Position numbers and translations under genes: made by a program
Assembly (NCBI GenBank): GCA_963716045.1
Contig: CAVQSS010000006.1
Coordinates: 1,743-65,742, forward strand
Direction of reading: 5' to 3'
Source: an uncultured delta proteobacterium
GTDB lineage: Bacteria > Desulfobacterota > RBG-13-43-22
DNA length: 64,000 nt
Shown here: piece by piece, positions 63,993-64,000 of the stretch
How positions within the stretch are numbered: the stretch's first letter is position 1
How the letters are laid out: the number at the start of each line of letters is the position of its first letter
The notes under the pieces: generated by a model
What the model was told of the DNA's origin: nothing
The model's database searches: none
The model's input: the letters and a program-made list of their open reading frames with translations, nothing else

Positions 63993-64000
63993 ACTTTAAT

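Noticed and set aside
1-64000. A search by eye for tRNA, rRNA, tmRNA, RNase P, SRP RNA and common riboswitches (for example TPP upstream of the MTH1187-like gene).
   Set aside because: No recognisable conserved cores were found. This is a visual scan only. tRNAscan-SE and Infernal/Rfam would be needed to exclude them.

Overview
This is a GC-rich (roughly 55-58% by eye) chromosomal segment. Its gene content suggests an anaerobic Desulfobacterota/deltaproteobacterium-like organism, but that is inferred from gene content only. About 58 protein genes can be supported.

Gene blocks in order:
- 1-2056: two multicopper-oxidase-like genes plus a ferredoxin.
- 2825-4577: a candidate RiPP cassette. It has a strongly signalled 20-aa Lys/Cys-rich peptide gene, a Cys-rich protein missing from the ORF track, and an RRE-fused radical SAM/SPASM enzyme.
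- 4703-9834: NmrA-like reductase, M14 carboxypeptidase, methyltransferase and SurA-like PPIase.
- 10066-20387: a plus-strand operon of paaK-like ligase, acyl-CoA dehydrogenase, livH, livM, binding protein, acyl-CoA ligase, livG and livF.
- 20519-24395: minus-strand pilB, pilC and two pilins.
- 24611-29703: ROK glucokinase, a TPR membrane protein, iorAB and a TPR protein.
- 30313-33129: a YcaO-TPR, YkgJ and small-protein operon.
- 33215-39053: bifunctional nuclease and yjbQ, then a histidine kinase and NtrC-type activator next to a near-consensus sigma54 promoter.
- 39366-49480: pgi, decayed DUF559 and DUF1566 genes, rarA, a second livFGMH set, YihY, a lipoprotein and an endonuclease III-like gene.
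- 49610-56135: EF-G, S1, an MTH1187-like gene, and a DsrMK/HdrED-like pair. The Fe-S subunit of that pair carries an in-frame UGA followed by a SECIS-like hairpin, so it is probably a selenoprotein.
- 56480-63941: gap, a 1405-aa PPDK-like dikinase lacking the PEP/pyruvate domain, a long GAPDH paralog and vapBC.

No rRNA, tRNA or CRISPR array was recognised by eye.

The non-coding space is unusual. Almost every intergenic gap holds either a member of several interspersed repeat families or a locus-specific long hairpin whose arms are short tandem repeats.

Caveat: at least 16 genes are interrupted by single-base indels, mostly at homopolymer runs. This looks like assembly or sequencing error rather than biology, and it affects start/stop calls. 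Merged coordinates given here repair those shifts conceptually.
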